Shown: positions 1 to 10,042 of the stretch, one piece after another | Position numbering within the stretch: position 1 is the first letter of the stretch | Layout: every line of letters begins with the position of its first letter | Assembly (NCBI GenBank): GCA_003154195.1 | Contig: PMCS01000009.1 | Coordinates: 19,014 to 83,013 of the forward strand | DNA from: Candidatus Omnitrophota bacterium | Lineage (GTDB): Bacteria; Omnitrophota; Gorgyraeia; Duberdicusellales; 4484-171 | DNA: 64,000 bases | Reading direction: 5' to 3' | The notes under the pieces: generated by a model | What the model saw: the letters and a program-made list of their open reading frames with translations, nothing else | Told to the model about the DNA's origin: nothing | The model's database searches: none | Program-made: the position numbers and the translations under genes

Positions 1-3
1 GCG

Positions 4-606
4 ATGGCGTATGGAGTGCAGCCGGGTATTGAATATCAATTAACCGACAATATTTCTTTAAAAGGAACCTTTTCGTATTTTACCTGGCAGGCGGTAAAAG
101 GCCGGCTTCTTGACGGCAGCCAGGCAACTAACTCCCGGAATGGCCAGGGCCTCATGCGTGCGTTTAACACGATAAGCCCGGCGGGACAGGTAGCCTTTAA
201 GGATCCTTTCAAAAACATCGGCTTGAATCTTCCTGTTTTAGCGGATATTCCGGAATTCGCGGTTTTCGGCGAATACTATAAAAATACCAGCGCTTCCGCA
301 AAGAATACTGGTTTTGCTACGGGTTTCCAGCTTGGCCAGCCCAAAATCGAAAGTTGGGCGCAATGGCAATTTAAATATGTATATTCGATGTTGGAAAAGG
401 ACGCGGTATTGGATATTTTACCGGATTCTGACCGCTATAGCGGTAAAACCGGTATACGCGCCCACAAGGGTGAGTTATCGTTTGGGTTAAGTAAGAATAC
501 GTACCTGAAATTTGCCGGCTTCCGCGTGTGGAACATCAATCAAATTGGTACTAATCGCAAAGCGCCCACTACGGTTTTCCAGGCTGATTGGAACATGAAG
601 TTTTAA
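4..606 (+). CDS. Outer-membrane beta-barrel protein, C-terminal part (5' end lies outside the window); possibly a phosphate-selective OprO/OprP-like porin given the pst operon immediately downstream
   Basis: Alternating hydrophobic beta-strand pattern and a C-terminal Phe (…WNMKF), the outer-membrane insertion signature; sits directly upstream of pstS. Confidence 0.45.
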   Translation: MAYGVQPGIEYQLTDNISLKGTFSYFTWQAVKGRLLDGSQATNSRNGQGLMRAFNTISPAGQVAFKDPFKNIGLNLPVLADIPEFAVFGEYYKNTSASAKNTGFATGFQLGQPKIESWAQWQFKYVYSMLEKDAVLDILPDSDRYSGKTGIRAHKGELSFGLSKNTYLKFAGFRVWNINQIGTNRKAPTTVFQADWNMKF

Positions 607-650
607 TGAGGTTTAGCCGAACGCGTATGCATCCATACGCAGTGAGGCTG

Positions 651-707
651 TAACCGAATTACCCTGAGCGAGCCTGCGCGAAGCACGGCGAGTCGAAGGG
701 CAATGAG
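651..707 (-). repeat. Copy of a dispersed intergenic repeat family (core TGAGCGAGC/…CCTTCGACTCG), inverted orientation
   Basis: The reverse complement matches the 23305-23346 and 39565-39658 copies (…ttgcccttcgactcg…cgctcgctcagg.taattcg…). Confidence 0.4.
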
Positions 708-768
708 TTTGAGGCTTTACTGATGTAGGTATGAAGCAGCTATAAACAAAATCAAGGAGGATAAAAAG

Positions 769-1584
769 ATGAAAAGTTTAACAAAGATTTTAGTAATGGC
801 CTTGGTGATTGCCGCGGGCTTGGGTTTTCCATGCTTTGCGGAAAAAATTGTTGTCGAAGGCTCAACTACCGTTTTACCGATTGCTCAAAAAACTGCTGAA
901 GTATTTATGCAAAAAGACAGTAGCGCCGATATCTCGGTACGCGGCGGCGGTTCAGGCGTGGGCATAGCTTCTTTACTCGACGGTACCTGTGATATCGCCG
1001 ATTCTTCGCGGCCAATCAAGGATACCGAGCTCGATAAGGCAGTAACTAACGGCAAAGATATTAAGGCGCATGTTATCGCGATGGATGGGATTGCCGTTAT
1101 CGTTAACCCGGCAAATAAAGTGGGGGCTTTAACCAAGAAACAGGTAAGGGATATTTATACCGGTAAAATTTCCAACTGGTCGCAAGTTGGCGGTGATGAC
1201 CGTAAAATCGTAGTTATTTCGCGCGATACGTCGAGTGGAACATTCGAGGCATTTGGAGAACTGGCTTTAGACAAACAAAAAGTAAGGCCGGATGCTTTAA
1301 TGCAGGCATCGAATCAGGCGATCGCGTCTACCGTAGCGCGGACACCCGACGCTATCGGTTATGTAGGTTTAGGCTTTCTTAGTTCCAGTGTCAAAGCTTT
1401 AGAGCTAGATGGCGTCGTGCCTTCGAAGGAAACTGTACTCAATAACAAATATTCTATTGGCAGGCCGCTATTTATGTATACCAATGGTAAGCCTAAGGGT
1501 TTGGCAAAAGATTTTATTGATTTTATAAAGAGTCCGGAGGGGCAAACGCTTGTGGACGAAGAAGGCTTTGTAAGCCTACATTAA
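769..1584 (+). CDS. pstS: Phosphate ABC transporter substrate-binding protein PstS (operon 1)
   Basis: Signal peptide followed by a PBP fold with GSGVG, SRP and TNG motifs; strong RBS aaggagg; first gene of a pstSCAB-phoU cluster. Confidence 0.85.
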   Translation: MKSLTKILVMALVIAAGLGFPCFAEKIVVEGSTTVLPIAQKTAEVFMQKDSSADISVRGGGSGVGIASLLDGTCDIADSSRPIKDTELDKAVTNGKDIKAHVIAMDGIAVIVNPANKVGALTKKQVRDIYTGKISNWSQVGGDDRKIVVISRDTSSGTFEAFGELALDKQKVRPDALMQASNQAIASTVARTPDAIGYVGLGFLSSSVKALELDGVVPSKETVLNNKYSIGRPLFMYTNGKPKGLAKDFIDFIKSPEGQTLVDEEGFVSLH

Positions 1585-1620
1585 TAACGCCGGCGTAATT
1601 GCTGGTTTATTATATATAAC

Positions 1621-1663
1621 GAAGCGCGCGGTGGTTCCGCCCTTTCCTTCCGCCGCGCGCTTC
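1621..1663 (+). promoter_or_regulatory. Perfect 11-bp GC hairpin (gaagcgcgcgg…ccgcgcgcttc) in the pstS-pstC intergenic region; likely partial terminator or mRNA stabiliser
   Basis: Seen in the sequence; the position matches the known pstS/pstC intergenic attenuator arrangement. Confidence 0.4.
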
Positions 1664-1709
1664 TCTTATTGTAAAAATATATGTGATTGCTTGACGCAGG
1701 TAGAAACAG

Positions 1710-2594
1710 ATGACAAAAATAAAAGAACGAATAATAAAAGGGATTTTTACGATTTTGGCATTCGCTTCCCTCATATTTTTAGTAGGCATTATTATTGTTT
1801 TATTCAGAGAAGCGCTGCCGATTTTTAAAAAGATCAAGGTATTTGAATTCATCTTCGGTAAATTCTGGTATCCGACCTATGACCCGGCGGAATTTGGAAT
1901 CTTACCTTTAATTCTGGCTTCAATCTGGGTTTCAACTGGAGCAATGTTAATTTGTGTGCCGTTGGGCGTGGGCAGCGCATTGTATCTGAATGAACTTGCC
2001 AGTCCTGGACAAAAAGCAATACTTAAGCCGTTAGTCGAGATTCTGGCGAGTATCCCTTCGATTGTATACGGTTTTTTTGGGATGGCGATACTTGCGCCAT
2101 TTTTGCAGAATTTATTTCATTTATCGATAGGCTTGTGTGCATTTACCGCCGGGTTGACTTTAGGGATTATGGCGACACCGGTAGTCTGCAGCATTGCCGA
2201 GGATGCATTAAGCTATGTGCCGAGATCGTTTAGAGAAGCGTCTTTTGCCGTAGGCGCTAACCGGTGGCAAACGCTGATCAAAGTGGTTATACCGGCTGCC
2301 GGATCGGGGATTTCGACGGCGATAATTTTAGGGATGAGCCGGGCGATAGGTGAAACCATGACAGTTTTAATGGTGGCCGGCGGGGCCGCGGTTATCCCTA
2401 AGTCATTCTTTGATCCGGTCCGGCCGATGACGGCAGCGATTGCCGCGGAAATGGGCGAGGCTCCTATGGGCAGTGACCACTATCATGCTTTGTTCGCCAT
2501 TGCGCTGATATTATTTTTGGTTACTTTTATCTTTAACGTTATCGCGGAAGTTGTCAGCCGAAAATACAGGATTAAATTGGGTCTATCAGGATAA
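1710..2594 (+). CDS. pstC: Phosphate ABC transporter permease PstC (operon 1)
   Basis: Multi-TM permease with an EAA-like loop (…ALSYVPRSFREASFAVGANRWQT…); operon context. Confidence 0.85.
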   Translation: MTKIKERIIKGIFTILAFASLIFLVGIIIVLFREALPIFKKIKVFEFIFGKFWYPTYDPAEFGILPLILASIWVSTGAMLICVPLGVGSALYLNELASPGQKAILKPLVEILASIPSIVYGFFGMAILAPFLQNLFHLSIGLCAFTAGLTLGIMATPVVCSIAEDALSYVPRSFREASFAVGANRWQTLIKVVIPAAGSGISTAIILGMSRAIGETMTVLMVAGGAAVIPKSFFDPVRPMTAAIAAEMGEAPMGSDHYHALFAIALILFLVTFIFNVIAEVVSRKYRIKLGLSG

Positions 2595-2680
2595 CCGGAA
2601 AAATGAGAAAACTCATTTTTCCGGTTAGGTGCTGCCTGACGGCAGGGAAAAATATAGTTCAGCGTTTAAAAACTAAAATT

Positions 2681-3571
2681 ATGAAAAAAGAGGATAAAAG
2701 AACTATCTGCCGACAGGCAGACAGTTCCCGAATTAAACAAAAAATAGGCTTTGGCATCATATCCCTGTGTATGTTTACTACAGTCTTGTTTTTGTTCGCG
2801 ATAATTTGCTTTATCGGTGTAAAGGGGATAAGGGTTATTTCATGGGAATTTTTAACGCAGGCACCGCGTGATTCTATGACTGCCGGCGGTGTAGCTCCCG
2901 CTATCGTGGGAACAATTTGCCTTACGTTAGGCGCAGTATTATTTTCTTTTCCTTTAGGGGTAGCCTGCGCGATATATCTTTGTGAGTATACGCCAAAGAG
3001 CTACATCGTGAATATCATAAGAATCAGTATTAATAATCTTGCCGGCGTGCCTTCGGTGGTGTTTGGTCTTTTTGGATTAGCGGTTTTCGTCAAATATTTT
3101 GGTTTCGGGGTGTCGATACTCTCAGGAAGCCTTGCTTTGGGGATTGTGGTTTTACCGGTGATTATTTCCGCGGCCCAGGAGGCGCTTTTGGCCGTACCCC
3201 AATCATTAAGAGAAGCATCGTTGGCCGTGGGCGCAACAAAGTGGCAGACAATAAAAAAGTTAGTTCTACCGGCGGCAATGCCGGGTATCTTGACTGGGGT
3301 TATTTTAAGCATCGGAAGAGTAGCCGGTGAAACCGCTCCAATTTTATTTACCGCAGCCGCCTTTTATTTAAAAGGTTACCCCAAATCTATTTTTTCCGAA
3401 GTGATGGCTCTGCCATATCATATTTATGCGCTTATGACCGAAGGTTCCCATCCGGATCAACAAACTGCGATAGCTTATGGCTGTTGTTTGATCCTTTTAT
3501 GTTTAGTTTTGTTGGTGTCAGCAATAGCGATTTTTATCCGCCAGAAGCAGAGGAGCTATTATCATGGATAA
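2681..3571 (+). CDS. pstA: Phosphate ABC transporter permease PstA (operon 1); the ORF is open from 2603 but ATG 2681 is the likelier start
   Basis: PstA-like TM core with the …[24 protein letters not shown]… loop; overlaps the pstB start. Confidence 0.8.
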   Translation: MKKEDKRTICRQADSSRIKQKIGFGIISLCMFTTVLFLFAIICFIGVKGIRVISWEFLTQAPRDSMTAGGVAPAIVGTICLTLGAVLFSFPLGVACAIYLCEYTPKSYIVNIIRISINNLAGVPSVVFGLFGLAVFVKYFGFGVSILSGSLALGIVVLPVIISAAQEALLAVPQSLREASLAVGATKWQTIKKLVLPAAMPGILTGVILSIGRVAGETAPILFTAAAFYLKGYPKSIFSEVMALPYHIYALMTEGSHPDQQTAIAYGCCLILLCLVLLVSAIAIFIRQKQRSYYHG

Positions 3572-4331
3572 CCAAACGTCGGTAAAGATTAAGGCACAGG
3601 ACGTAAATTTTTTTTACGGGAAACACCAGGCATTGAAAAATATAAAACTGGATGTTTTAGCCAATCAGGTTACTGCGATTATCGGCCCTTCGGGCTGCGG
3701 AAAATCTACCTTTATCCGGCTGCTTAATCGTATGAACGAATTAGTCTCCAATACTGTTTTAACCGGAAGAATTTATCTGGATGGGCAGGATATATTCGCT
3801 TCTTGCGTTGATTCAGTCGAGATTAGGCGGCGTGTCGGGATGGTATTTCAAAAACCCAACCCCTTTCCCAAGAATATATTTGAAAACATAAGTTACGCTC
3901 TCGAGGTTAATGGCATTAAAAATAAACAATTTGTCGAAGAAAGGGTGATAGAATCTTTCAAGAAGGCGGCGTTATGGGATGAGGTGAAAGACCGGCTTCA
4001 TGACAGCGCGCTAAAATTATCCGGCGGACAACAGCAAAGGCTTTGCATTGCCCGTTGCCTGGCGATCAAGCCGGAGGTGATTTTGTTCGACGAACCCTGC
4101 GCCAGCCTCGACCCTATTTCGACGCGCAAGATCGAAGAGCTGATTCTGGAGTTGAAAAAAGATTATACTATTGCTATAGTTACGCACAATATGCAGCAGG
4201 CGGCAAGGGTATCTAACTATACTGGTTTTTTTCTTTTAGGCGAGTTGATCGAGTTTGATAAAACTGAAACGATATTCAAGTCTCCCAAAGATCAGCGGAC
4301 AGAAGATTATATTACAGGGAGGTTCGGATAA
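3564..4331 (+). CDS. pstB: Phosphate import ATP-binding protein PstB (canonical; operon 1)
   Basis: Walker [11 protein letters not shown]-loop VFQKPNPFP, signature LSGGQQQRL, Walker B ILFDEP, H-loop VTHNM. Confidence 0.9.
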   Translation: MDNQTSVKIKAQDVNFFYGKHQALKNIKLDVLANQVTAIIGPSGCGKSTFIRLLNRMNELVSNTVLTGRIYLDGQDIFASCVDSVEIRRRVGMVFQKPNPFPKNIFENISYALEVNGIKNKQFVEERVIESFKKAALWDEVKDRLHDSALKLSGGQQQRLCIARCLAIKPEVILFDEPCASLDPISTRKIEELILELKKDYTIAIVTHNMQQAARVSNYTGFFLLGELIEFDKTETIFKSPKDQRTEDYITGRFG

Positions 4332-4332
4332 T

Positions 4333-4731
4333 ATGAAAAGAATCTTATTTGTTTGTATAGAAAATTCCTGTCGTAGCCAGATTGCGGAAGGGTTTGCGAG
4401 GTTTTTCGGTAAAGATATTTTAGAAGCATACAGCGCGGGTTCGCGGCCTTCGGGAAAAATAAATCGTATGGCGATAGAAGTCATGCAGGAAATCGGTATT
4501 GATATCTCACGTCAGAAATCAAAAGGATTTCAGGAATTAGCGGTAAAGGGGTTTGATTATGTTGTTACGCTTGGTTGCAAAGACGTATGCCCTTTTATAC
4601 CGGCAACAGAACATATAGAATGGCAAATCAGCGACCCTGAGGATAAGCCAATAGAGTTCTTCCGAAAAGTCAGAGATGATATAAAAGTTAAAGTAGAAGA
4701 ACTTATACAAAATATTGAAGAAACAAAATAA
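4333..4731 (+). CDS. Arsenate reductase (thioredoxin-coupled ArsC) / low-molecular-weight protein-tyrosine phosphatase family protein embedded in pst operon 1
   Basis: N-terminal CX5R P-loop (VCIENSCRSQIAEG), about 130 aa, LMW-PTP/ArsC fold; ATG at 4333 immediately after the pstB stop. Confidence 0.65.
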   Translation: MKRILFVCIENSCRSQIAEGFARFFGKDILEAYSAGSRPSGKINRMAIEVMQEIGIDISRQKSKGFQELAVKGFDYVVTLGCKDVCPFIPATEHIEWQISDPEDKPIEFFRKVRDDIKVKVEELIQNIEETK

Positions 4732-4741
4732 GGGGGATACT

Positions 4742-5413
4742 ATGCAAAGGCATTTAGATGATGAATTAACCGGCTTAAAGACAGAGATACTCAGGATGGG
4801 GGTGATGGTGGAGGAGTCCATTTTTAAATCGGTTGAAGCCCTCAAGCAATTAAATGCCGATGACGCCCGGCAAGTGATTGTAGATGATAAGCTAATCGAT
4901 GAGCTGGAATTAAAAATCGAAGAGAAAAGTTTGAATCTTCTGGCTCTATACCAGCCGATGGCGGTTGATTTAAGATTTATCGTAATGGCGATGAAGATTA
5001 CTACCGATTTAGAACGGATGGCTGACTTGGCTGTTGATATCGCCCAACGCGTTCTGGAGATTGTTGATAAGCCGCCTTTAAAGCCGTTGATTGATATTCC
5101 TAAGCTTACAATTATCGCCCAGCAGATGACCAAAGACGCTATCAACGCGTTCGTAAACAAAGATTCCGATGCTGCCGCTAAAATGATTTTGATGGATTCG
5201 CAAGCGGATGATTTACGCAATGTTGTGCAACAAGAGCTAATCAATGATTATATGGCTAAAGATCCGACTACTGCTGACCGGGCTGTTCCACTTTTACTGA
5301 TCGCCAGGCATCTTGAACGAATATGCGACCATGCTACCAACATCGCAGAAGATGTAATTTATATGGTGAATGCCGCTGTTGTTAAACATCATCCCGAAAA
5401 AATTAAAGATTAG
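4742..5413 (+). CDS. phoU: Phosphate signalling complex protein PhoU (operon 1)
   Basis: Two PhoU repeats (…DLERMADLAVDIAQR… / …ARHLERICDHATNIAEDV…); RBS aagggggat before ATG 4742. Confidence 0.85.
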   Translation: MQRHLDDELTGLKTEILRMGVMVEESIFKSVEALKQLNADDARQVIVDDKLIDELELKIEEKSLNLLALYQPMAVDLRFIVMAMKITTDLERMADLAVDIAQRVLEIVDKPPLKPLIDIPKLTIIAQQMTKDAINAFVNKDSDAAAKMILMDSQADDLRNVVQQELINDYMAKDPTTADRAVPLLLIARHLERICDHATNIAEDVIYMVNAAVVKHHPEKIKD

Positions 5414-5478
5414 AAGCTATTTTTTAAAATGCTAAGGATTATGGTTTGACGGCATAAATCCCGGACGTTAAAAAAAGT

Positions 5479-5525
5479 AAAACCTTCGTTGGTTTGATTA
5501 TAACTGGCGAAGGTTTTTTGTTTTG
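5479..5525 (+). terminator. Candidate rho-independent terminator after phoU (operon 1)
   Basis: aaccttcg…cgaaggtt stem followed by ttttttgttttg. Confidence 0.4.
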
Positions 5526-5661
5526 ATTTATATAATTTCGAGGAAAAAAATTTTACATAGATTTAACATTGGTTTAATCGGAACATAATATAAGGGTAAT
5601 AGAATAACATTTAGATTAACTGGAATAATACAGGTATTGCGCTTCTAAAAAGGAGGTCTGA

Positions 5662-6513
5662 ATGTTAAAAAAATGGCTGTTCGTTCTAATTACGATTTCC
5701 TTCACAACTTCAGCTTTTGCGGCAAAAGATAAAAATTCGATACAGGTCAAAGGCTCGGATACCATGGTTAACCTGGGCCAGGCCTGGGCGGAGAAATACA
5801 TGGAGAAGAATCCTACTGATTTTGTGGCAGTTACCGGCGGCGGGTCAGGCACAGGATTATCAAGCCTCATAAGCGGCACTTGCGATATAGCTACGAGTTC
5901 CCGGAACATCAAAGAAAAAGAAATCTCTCTCGCTAAGCAGAAAGGCATAAACCCTAACGAAATCAAAGTTGCCTTAGACGGCCTTGCGGTGGTAGTTAAT
6001 CCGAATAATCCTGTTGGTAAACTTACCTTAGCCCAACTCGCGGATATTTTTACCGGAAGGGTCACTAATTGGAAGGAATTGGGAGGCAAAGGTGAGAAGA
6101 TCGTTGTGCTCTCGCGCGAAGTCAATTCCGGAACTCACGTTTATTTTAAGGAGCACGTATTAAGAAAAAATGATCCTAACAGCAAAGAAGAATTCGTTTC
6201 AAGCGCTTTAATGCTTTCGTCTTCCCAGGCGATTGCTGATGAAGTGGCGGGAAATTCCGCCGCCGTTGGGTATTACGGAATGGGCTACATATCGAAAAAG
6301 CAAAAACCCTTGAGCTTAGCCAAAGATGAAAAGTCGGAATATGAAATGCCGACGATAGAGAATGTCGTAAATGGGAAGTATCCTATTTCAAGGCCGTTAT
6401 TCCTTTACACCAATGGCGTACCGACAGGCCTGGTAAAGAAATTTGTAGATTTTACACTTTCCCAGGAAGGCCAGGATATTGTTTTGGCAACTGATTTTGT
6501 TCCGATTAAATAA
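5662..6513 (+). CDS. pstS: Phosphate ABC transporter substrate-binding protein PstS (operon 2)
   Basis: Signal peptide, PBP fold with GGGSGTG/SSR motifs; RBS aaaggagg. Confidence 0.85.
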   Translation: MLKKWLFVLITISFTTSAFAAKDKNSIQVKGSDTMVNLGQAWAEKYMEKNPTDFVAVTGGGSGTGLSSLISGTCDIATSSRNIKEKEISLAKQKGINPNEIKVALDGLAVVVNPNNPVGKLTLAQLADIFTGRVTNWKELGGKGEKIVVLSREVNSGTHVYFKEHVLRKNDPNSKEEFVSSALMLSSSQAIADEVAGNSAAVGYYGMGYISKKQKPLSLAKDEKSEYEMPTIENVVNGKYPISRPLFLYTNGVPTGLVKKFVDFTLSQEGQDIVLATDFVPIK

Positions 6514-6551
6514 AATTACCTACGGGTGATTTTATCCCGTTAGCGAGAATA

Positions 6552-6677
6552 CCCCCGCCGTTAGGCGGGGGATGACAACAGGATGGGACGTCGCCCCACC
6601 CCGTGGGGCTCCAGTTTAATCCCGACGAGTATGTGAAAATTATCGTAGAGAATTTTCACATATTTTACGAGTCGGGG
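6552..6677 (+). promoter_or_regulatory. Cluster of GC hairpins (cccccgcc-gtta-ggcggggg; ccccaccccgtgggg; tgtgaaaatt…aattttcaca nested in cccgac…gtcggg) between pstS2 and pstC2
   Basis: Seen in the sequence; same position as the operon-1 hairpin. Confidence 0.4.
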
Positions 6678-6691
6678 TAATCTTAATACTA

Positions 6692-7555
6692 ATGCGTAGA
6701 TTAAAAGAATTCATTATTGAAAAACTCATTCTAATCTGCGGGTTAGCTTCAATATTTTTTGTGGTGTTGATTTTCCTTTTCTTGCTCAAAGAAGGGCTTG
6801 CGGTATTTAAGACGGTAAGCCCTTTTAAGTTTCTCTTGGGCAAGAGCTGGTACCCCATTTCAGAACCGCCTCAGTTAGGAATTCTTCCGTTAATCCTTGG
6901 CTCTTTACTGGTTACTGCCGGCGCGGCGATCATTTCTATTCCCATAGGAGTGGGTTGCGCAATTTATATCGCCGAGATAGCGCCATTAAGAATCAAAGAG
7001 ACCCTTAAAGCAGGGATTGAATTATTGGCAGCCATTCCCAGCGTAGTTTTAGGATTTATCGGTATGATAACCCTCGTTCCATTAGTAAAGTCAATTTTTC
7101 ATTTACCAACCGGATTAACCGCTTTATCCGGTTCAATAATGCTGGCTTTTATGGCCATGCCGACAATAGTTTCAATTGCTGAAGATGCATTATATTCTGT
7201 ACCTAAAACGTATAAAGAAGGCGCTCTCGCGCTGGGAGCGACACACTGGCAGACAATATGGCGAGTAATGCTTCCGGCGGCATCAAGCGGCATCCTTGCG
7301 GCAGTTATGCTTGGGATTGGCAGGGTAATCGGTGAAACAATGGCCGTGATGATGATCACGGGTAACGCCGCAGTCATACCAAATAGCATTTTAGCGCCGG
7401 TTAGAACTTTGACTGCTACTATCGCCGCGGAAATGGGTGAAGCGGTAGTAGGCAGCGAACATTATTTTGCTTTATTTGCTATTGGCATAGTTCTGTTTGT
7501 TATTAGCTTTGCGATTAATGTAACCGCGGACTTATTCTTGCACAAGAGGCAGTAA
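6692..7555 (+). CDS. pstC: Phosphate ABC transporter permease PstC (operon 2)
   Basis: Homologous to operon-1 PstC (…EDALYSVPKTYKEGALALGATHWQT…). Confidence 0.85.
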   Translation: MRRLKEFIIEKLILICGLASIFFVVLIFLFLLKEGLAVFKTVSPFKFLLGKSWYPISEPPQLGILPLILGSLLVTAGAAIISIPIGVGCAIYIAEIAPLRIKETLKAGIELLAAIPSVVLGFIGMITLVPLVKSIFHLPTGLTALSGSIMLAFMAMPTIVSIAEDALYSVPKTYKEGALALGATHWQTIWRVMLPAASSGILAAVMLGIGRVIGETMAVMMITGNAAVIPNSILAPVRTLTATIAAEMGEAVVGSEHYFALFAIGIVLFVISFAINVTADLFLHKRQ

Positions 7556-8403
7556 TGAAAAATCCTTATCGAACACAAAAGATTGCATTTTTCTTTTTAT
7601 TCCTGGCGACACTTTTAATAGTGGTTCCGGTAGGCTTAATCGTTGTCGTTATTATTCAAAAAGGACTGCCGGCAATCAACTGGCAGTTCGTTTCGGATAT
7701 GCCAAGACAGGGGATGCGTGCCGGCGGCATATTCCCGGCGATCGTAGGAACGATATATTTAGTTACCGGCGCTATTATCTTTGCTCTGCCGATAGGGCTT
7801 CTCGCGGCCATATACTTAAGCGAATATTCAAAAGATAACTTACTTACCCGGCTTATAAAATTAGCCATCGTGAATCTGGCGGGTGTGCCTTCGGTAGTTT
7901 ATGGGCTTTTTGGCCTGGCCCTTTTTGTAGTATTTTTTAAATTCGGCGCATCAATTATTTCCGGCTCGCTTACCCTGGGGATCATGATTCTCCCCGTAAT
8001 TATTACTACTTCACGCGAAGCCTTGGAAAGTGTACCGTATTCTTTTCGTGAGGTAAGTTTATCTTTAGGCGCAAGCAAATGGCAAACCATACGCCACATT
8101 ATTCTTCCTAATGCCCTCCCGGGTATATTAACCGGAACCATTTTAGGTTTAGGAAGGGCAGCGGGAGAAACGGCACCGATTCTTTTTACGGTTGCTGCTT
8201 TTTATCTGCCACGATTACCCAATTCTATTTTTGATCAAGCAATGGCGCTGCCGTACCATCTTTATGTCATTTCAACACAAGTGCCTAATGTCGACGAGAA
8301 GATAAGGTATGGAACAGCGCTTGTTTTGCTGGCGTTAGTTCTCTTCATGAATTTAGTGGCAATAATTATTCGATATAAGTTCAGAAAGAAGAAAAAATGG
8401 TAA
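7555..8403 (+). CDS. pstA: Phosphate ABC transporter permease PstA (operon 2)
   Basis: Homologous to PstA1 (…REALESVPYSFREVSLSLGASKWQT…). Confidence 0.85.
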   Translation: MKNPYRTQKIAFFFLFLATLLIVVPVGLIVVVIIQKGLPAINWQFVSDMPRQGMRAGGIFPAIVGTIYLVTGAIIFALPIGLLAAIYLSEYSKDNLLTRLIKLAIVNLAGVPSVVYGLFGLALFVVFFKFGASIISGSLTLGIMILPVIITTSREALESVPYSFREVSLSLGASKWQTIRHIILPNALPGILTGTILGLGRAAGETAPILFTVAAFYLPRLPNSIFDQAMALPYHLYVISTQVPNVDEKIRYGTALVLLALVLFMNLVAIIIRYKFRKKKKW

Positions 8404-9143
8404 AAGTTGACATAAAAAATCTTAATATCTGGTTTGGTTCCGTGCATGCCCTGAAGCAGGTAAGCATGGTAATACAGGCTAACGAAATCTTAAGCGTAAT
8501 CGGTCCTTCCAACAGCGGTAAGACAACTTTTTTAAGAACGCTTAATCGTTTAAGTGATTTAAACCAGAATTTTAGAATGACCGGAACAATAAAGCTTGAA
8601 CAAGAAGATATCGGGAATATTGATACGGAATTATTGCGTAAAAAAGTAGGCATGGTATTTGCGCTGCCGCTCCCGCTTCCCCTGTCTATTTTTGATAATG
8701 TGGCTTACGGGGTAAGGATGCACGGCACGAAAAACAAGAAAATACTGAGAGAGATAGTGGAGGTATCGTTGAACGAAGCCTATCTCTGGGAAGAGGTAAA
8801 AGATAGGTTAAATGAATCAGCTTTTAAATTGTCCGGGGGCCAGCAACAGCGTTTGTGTATCGCTAGAACCCTTGCCGTTGAGCCGGAGGTAATTTTATTT
8901 GACGAGCCCTGTTCGGGGCTCGATCCTATATCCACCGCAAAAGTAGAAGATGCCCTGGTTAAGCTAAAACAAAAATACACGATAGTCCTGGTAACCAACA
9001 ATGTAAAGCAGGCAGCCAGGGTTGGTGATATGACCGCTTTCTTTTTAGGCGGCGAACTTATTGAACTGGATAAAACAGACAAGATTTTTACCGCGCCGCA
9101 AGACAAACGCACGGATGGTTATATCAGAGGAAAATTCGGATAA
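8397..9143 (+). CDS. pstB: PstB paralog with degenerate catalytic motifs (operon 2, first of two)
   Basis: Walker [10 protein letters not shown] (atypical), Q-loop Gln replaced (VFALPLPLP), H-loop His replaced (VTNNV), but canonical LSGGQQQRL signature and Walker B. Confidence 0.8.
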   Translation: MVKVDIKNLNIWFGSVHALKQVSMVIQANEILSVIGPSNSGKTTFLRTLNRLSDLNQNFRMTGTIKLEQEDIGNIDTELLRKKVGMVFALPLPLPLSIFDNVAYGVRMHGTKNKKILREIVEVSLNEAYLWEEVKDRLNESAFKLSGGQQQRLCIARTLAVEPEVILFDEPCSGLDPISTAKVEDALVKLKQKYTIVLVTNNVKQAARVGDMTAFFLGGELIELDKTDKIFTAPQDKRTDGYIRGKFG

Positions 9144-9184
9144 TCCCCTTCGGGGAGGAAGCGCGACAAAAGAAGGAGGCTCCA

Positions 9185-9940
9185 CTGGCCAAGATTATAA
9201 CTAAAAATTTAAACTTTTGGTACACAACATTCCAGGCCTTGAAAAATGTTGGCTCAAGCATAGAGGCAAACAGGATTACCGCTATAATCGGGCCTTCGGG
9301 ATGCGGTAAATCTACTTTGCTTAGGGTCTTCAACCGTATGAATGACTTGATTGAAGGCGCGCGTACGGAAGGAGAAGTTCTCATCGACGATACTGATATA
9401 CTGGATCCCCGCACAGATTTAGTAGTTTTACGTAAAAAAGTAGGGATGGTATTCCAGAGGCCTAATCCGTTTCCGCTATCAATATATGAAAATATTGTTT
9501 TTGGAGAAAAGATTCACGCGGATCGCTTAACAAGAGATAAATTAGATGAAATTGTTGAGAGAAGCCTGGGGGATGTTCTTTTGTGGGATGAATTAAAGGA
9601 TCAGCTTAATGAACCGGCCATGAGGTTATCATTAGAGCAGAAACAGAGACTTTGCATAGCCAGGCTTATTGCCGTTAAGCCCGACGTATTGTTAATGGAT
9701 GAGCCTTGTTCTACTTTAGATCCGCAGGCAACAGCAAGAGTCGAAGAATTAATGCGTGAACTAAAGAACAGATATACTATAATAATAGTTACTCATAATA
9801 TGCAGCAAGCAGCACGGGTTTCCGACGATACGGGTTTTATGCTTTTAGGCGAACTGATAGAGTTTGGTAAAACACATGAAATATTTACCGCGCCGCAAGA
9901 CAAACGCACGGAAGATTACATTACCGGAAGGTATGGATAA
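9185..9940 (+). CDS. pstB: PstB paralog with canonical Walker A/Q-loop/H-loop but degenerate signature motif (operon 2, second). Proposed CTG start at 9185; the first canonical-type start in frame is TTG 9239
   Basis: [23 protein letters not shown], signature LSLEQKQRL. The conserved N-terminal beta-strand [21 protein letters not shown] is encoded upstream of the TTG, with no ATG/GTG/TTG in frame after the 9071 stop; perfect SD aaggagg at 9172-9178. Confidence 0.7.
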   Translation: MAKIITKNLNFWYTTFQALKNVGSSIEANRITAIIGPSGCGKSTLLRVFNRMNDLIEGARTEGEVLIDDTDILDPRTDLVVLRKKVGMVFQRPNPFPLSIYENIVFGEKIHADRLTRDKLDEIVERSLGDVLLWDELKDQLNEPAMRLSLEQKQRLCIARLIAVKPDVLLMDEPCSTLDPQATARVEELMRELKNRYTIIIVTHNMQQAARVSDDTGFMLLGELIEFGKTHEIFTAPQDKRTEDYITGRYG

Positions 9941-10042
9941 AAATATCCCGCTTCGTGATCACGCCGAAATTCTCTACGATAGTTTCGGCGTACTCGCGGG
10001 ATTTCGCTAAACAAAAAATTTTTGTGCTCAAGGAGGTTAGAA

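Noticed and set aside
5616-6125. 169-aa minus-strand ORF opposite pstS2, and similar antisense ORFs opposite pst genes (885..1136, 3001..3312, 4537..5244, 7099..7389, 8780..9112, 9124..9414)
   Set aside because: All lie antisense to well-supported pst/phoU genes and have no motif or RBS support.
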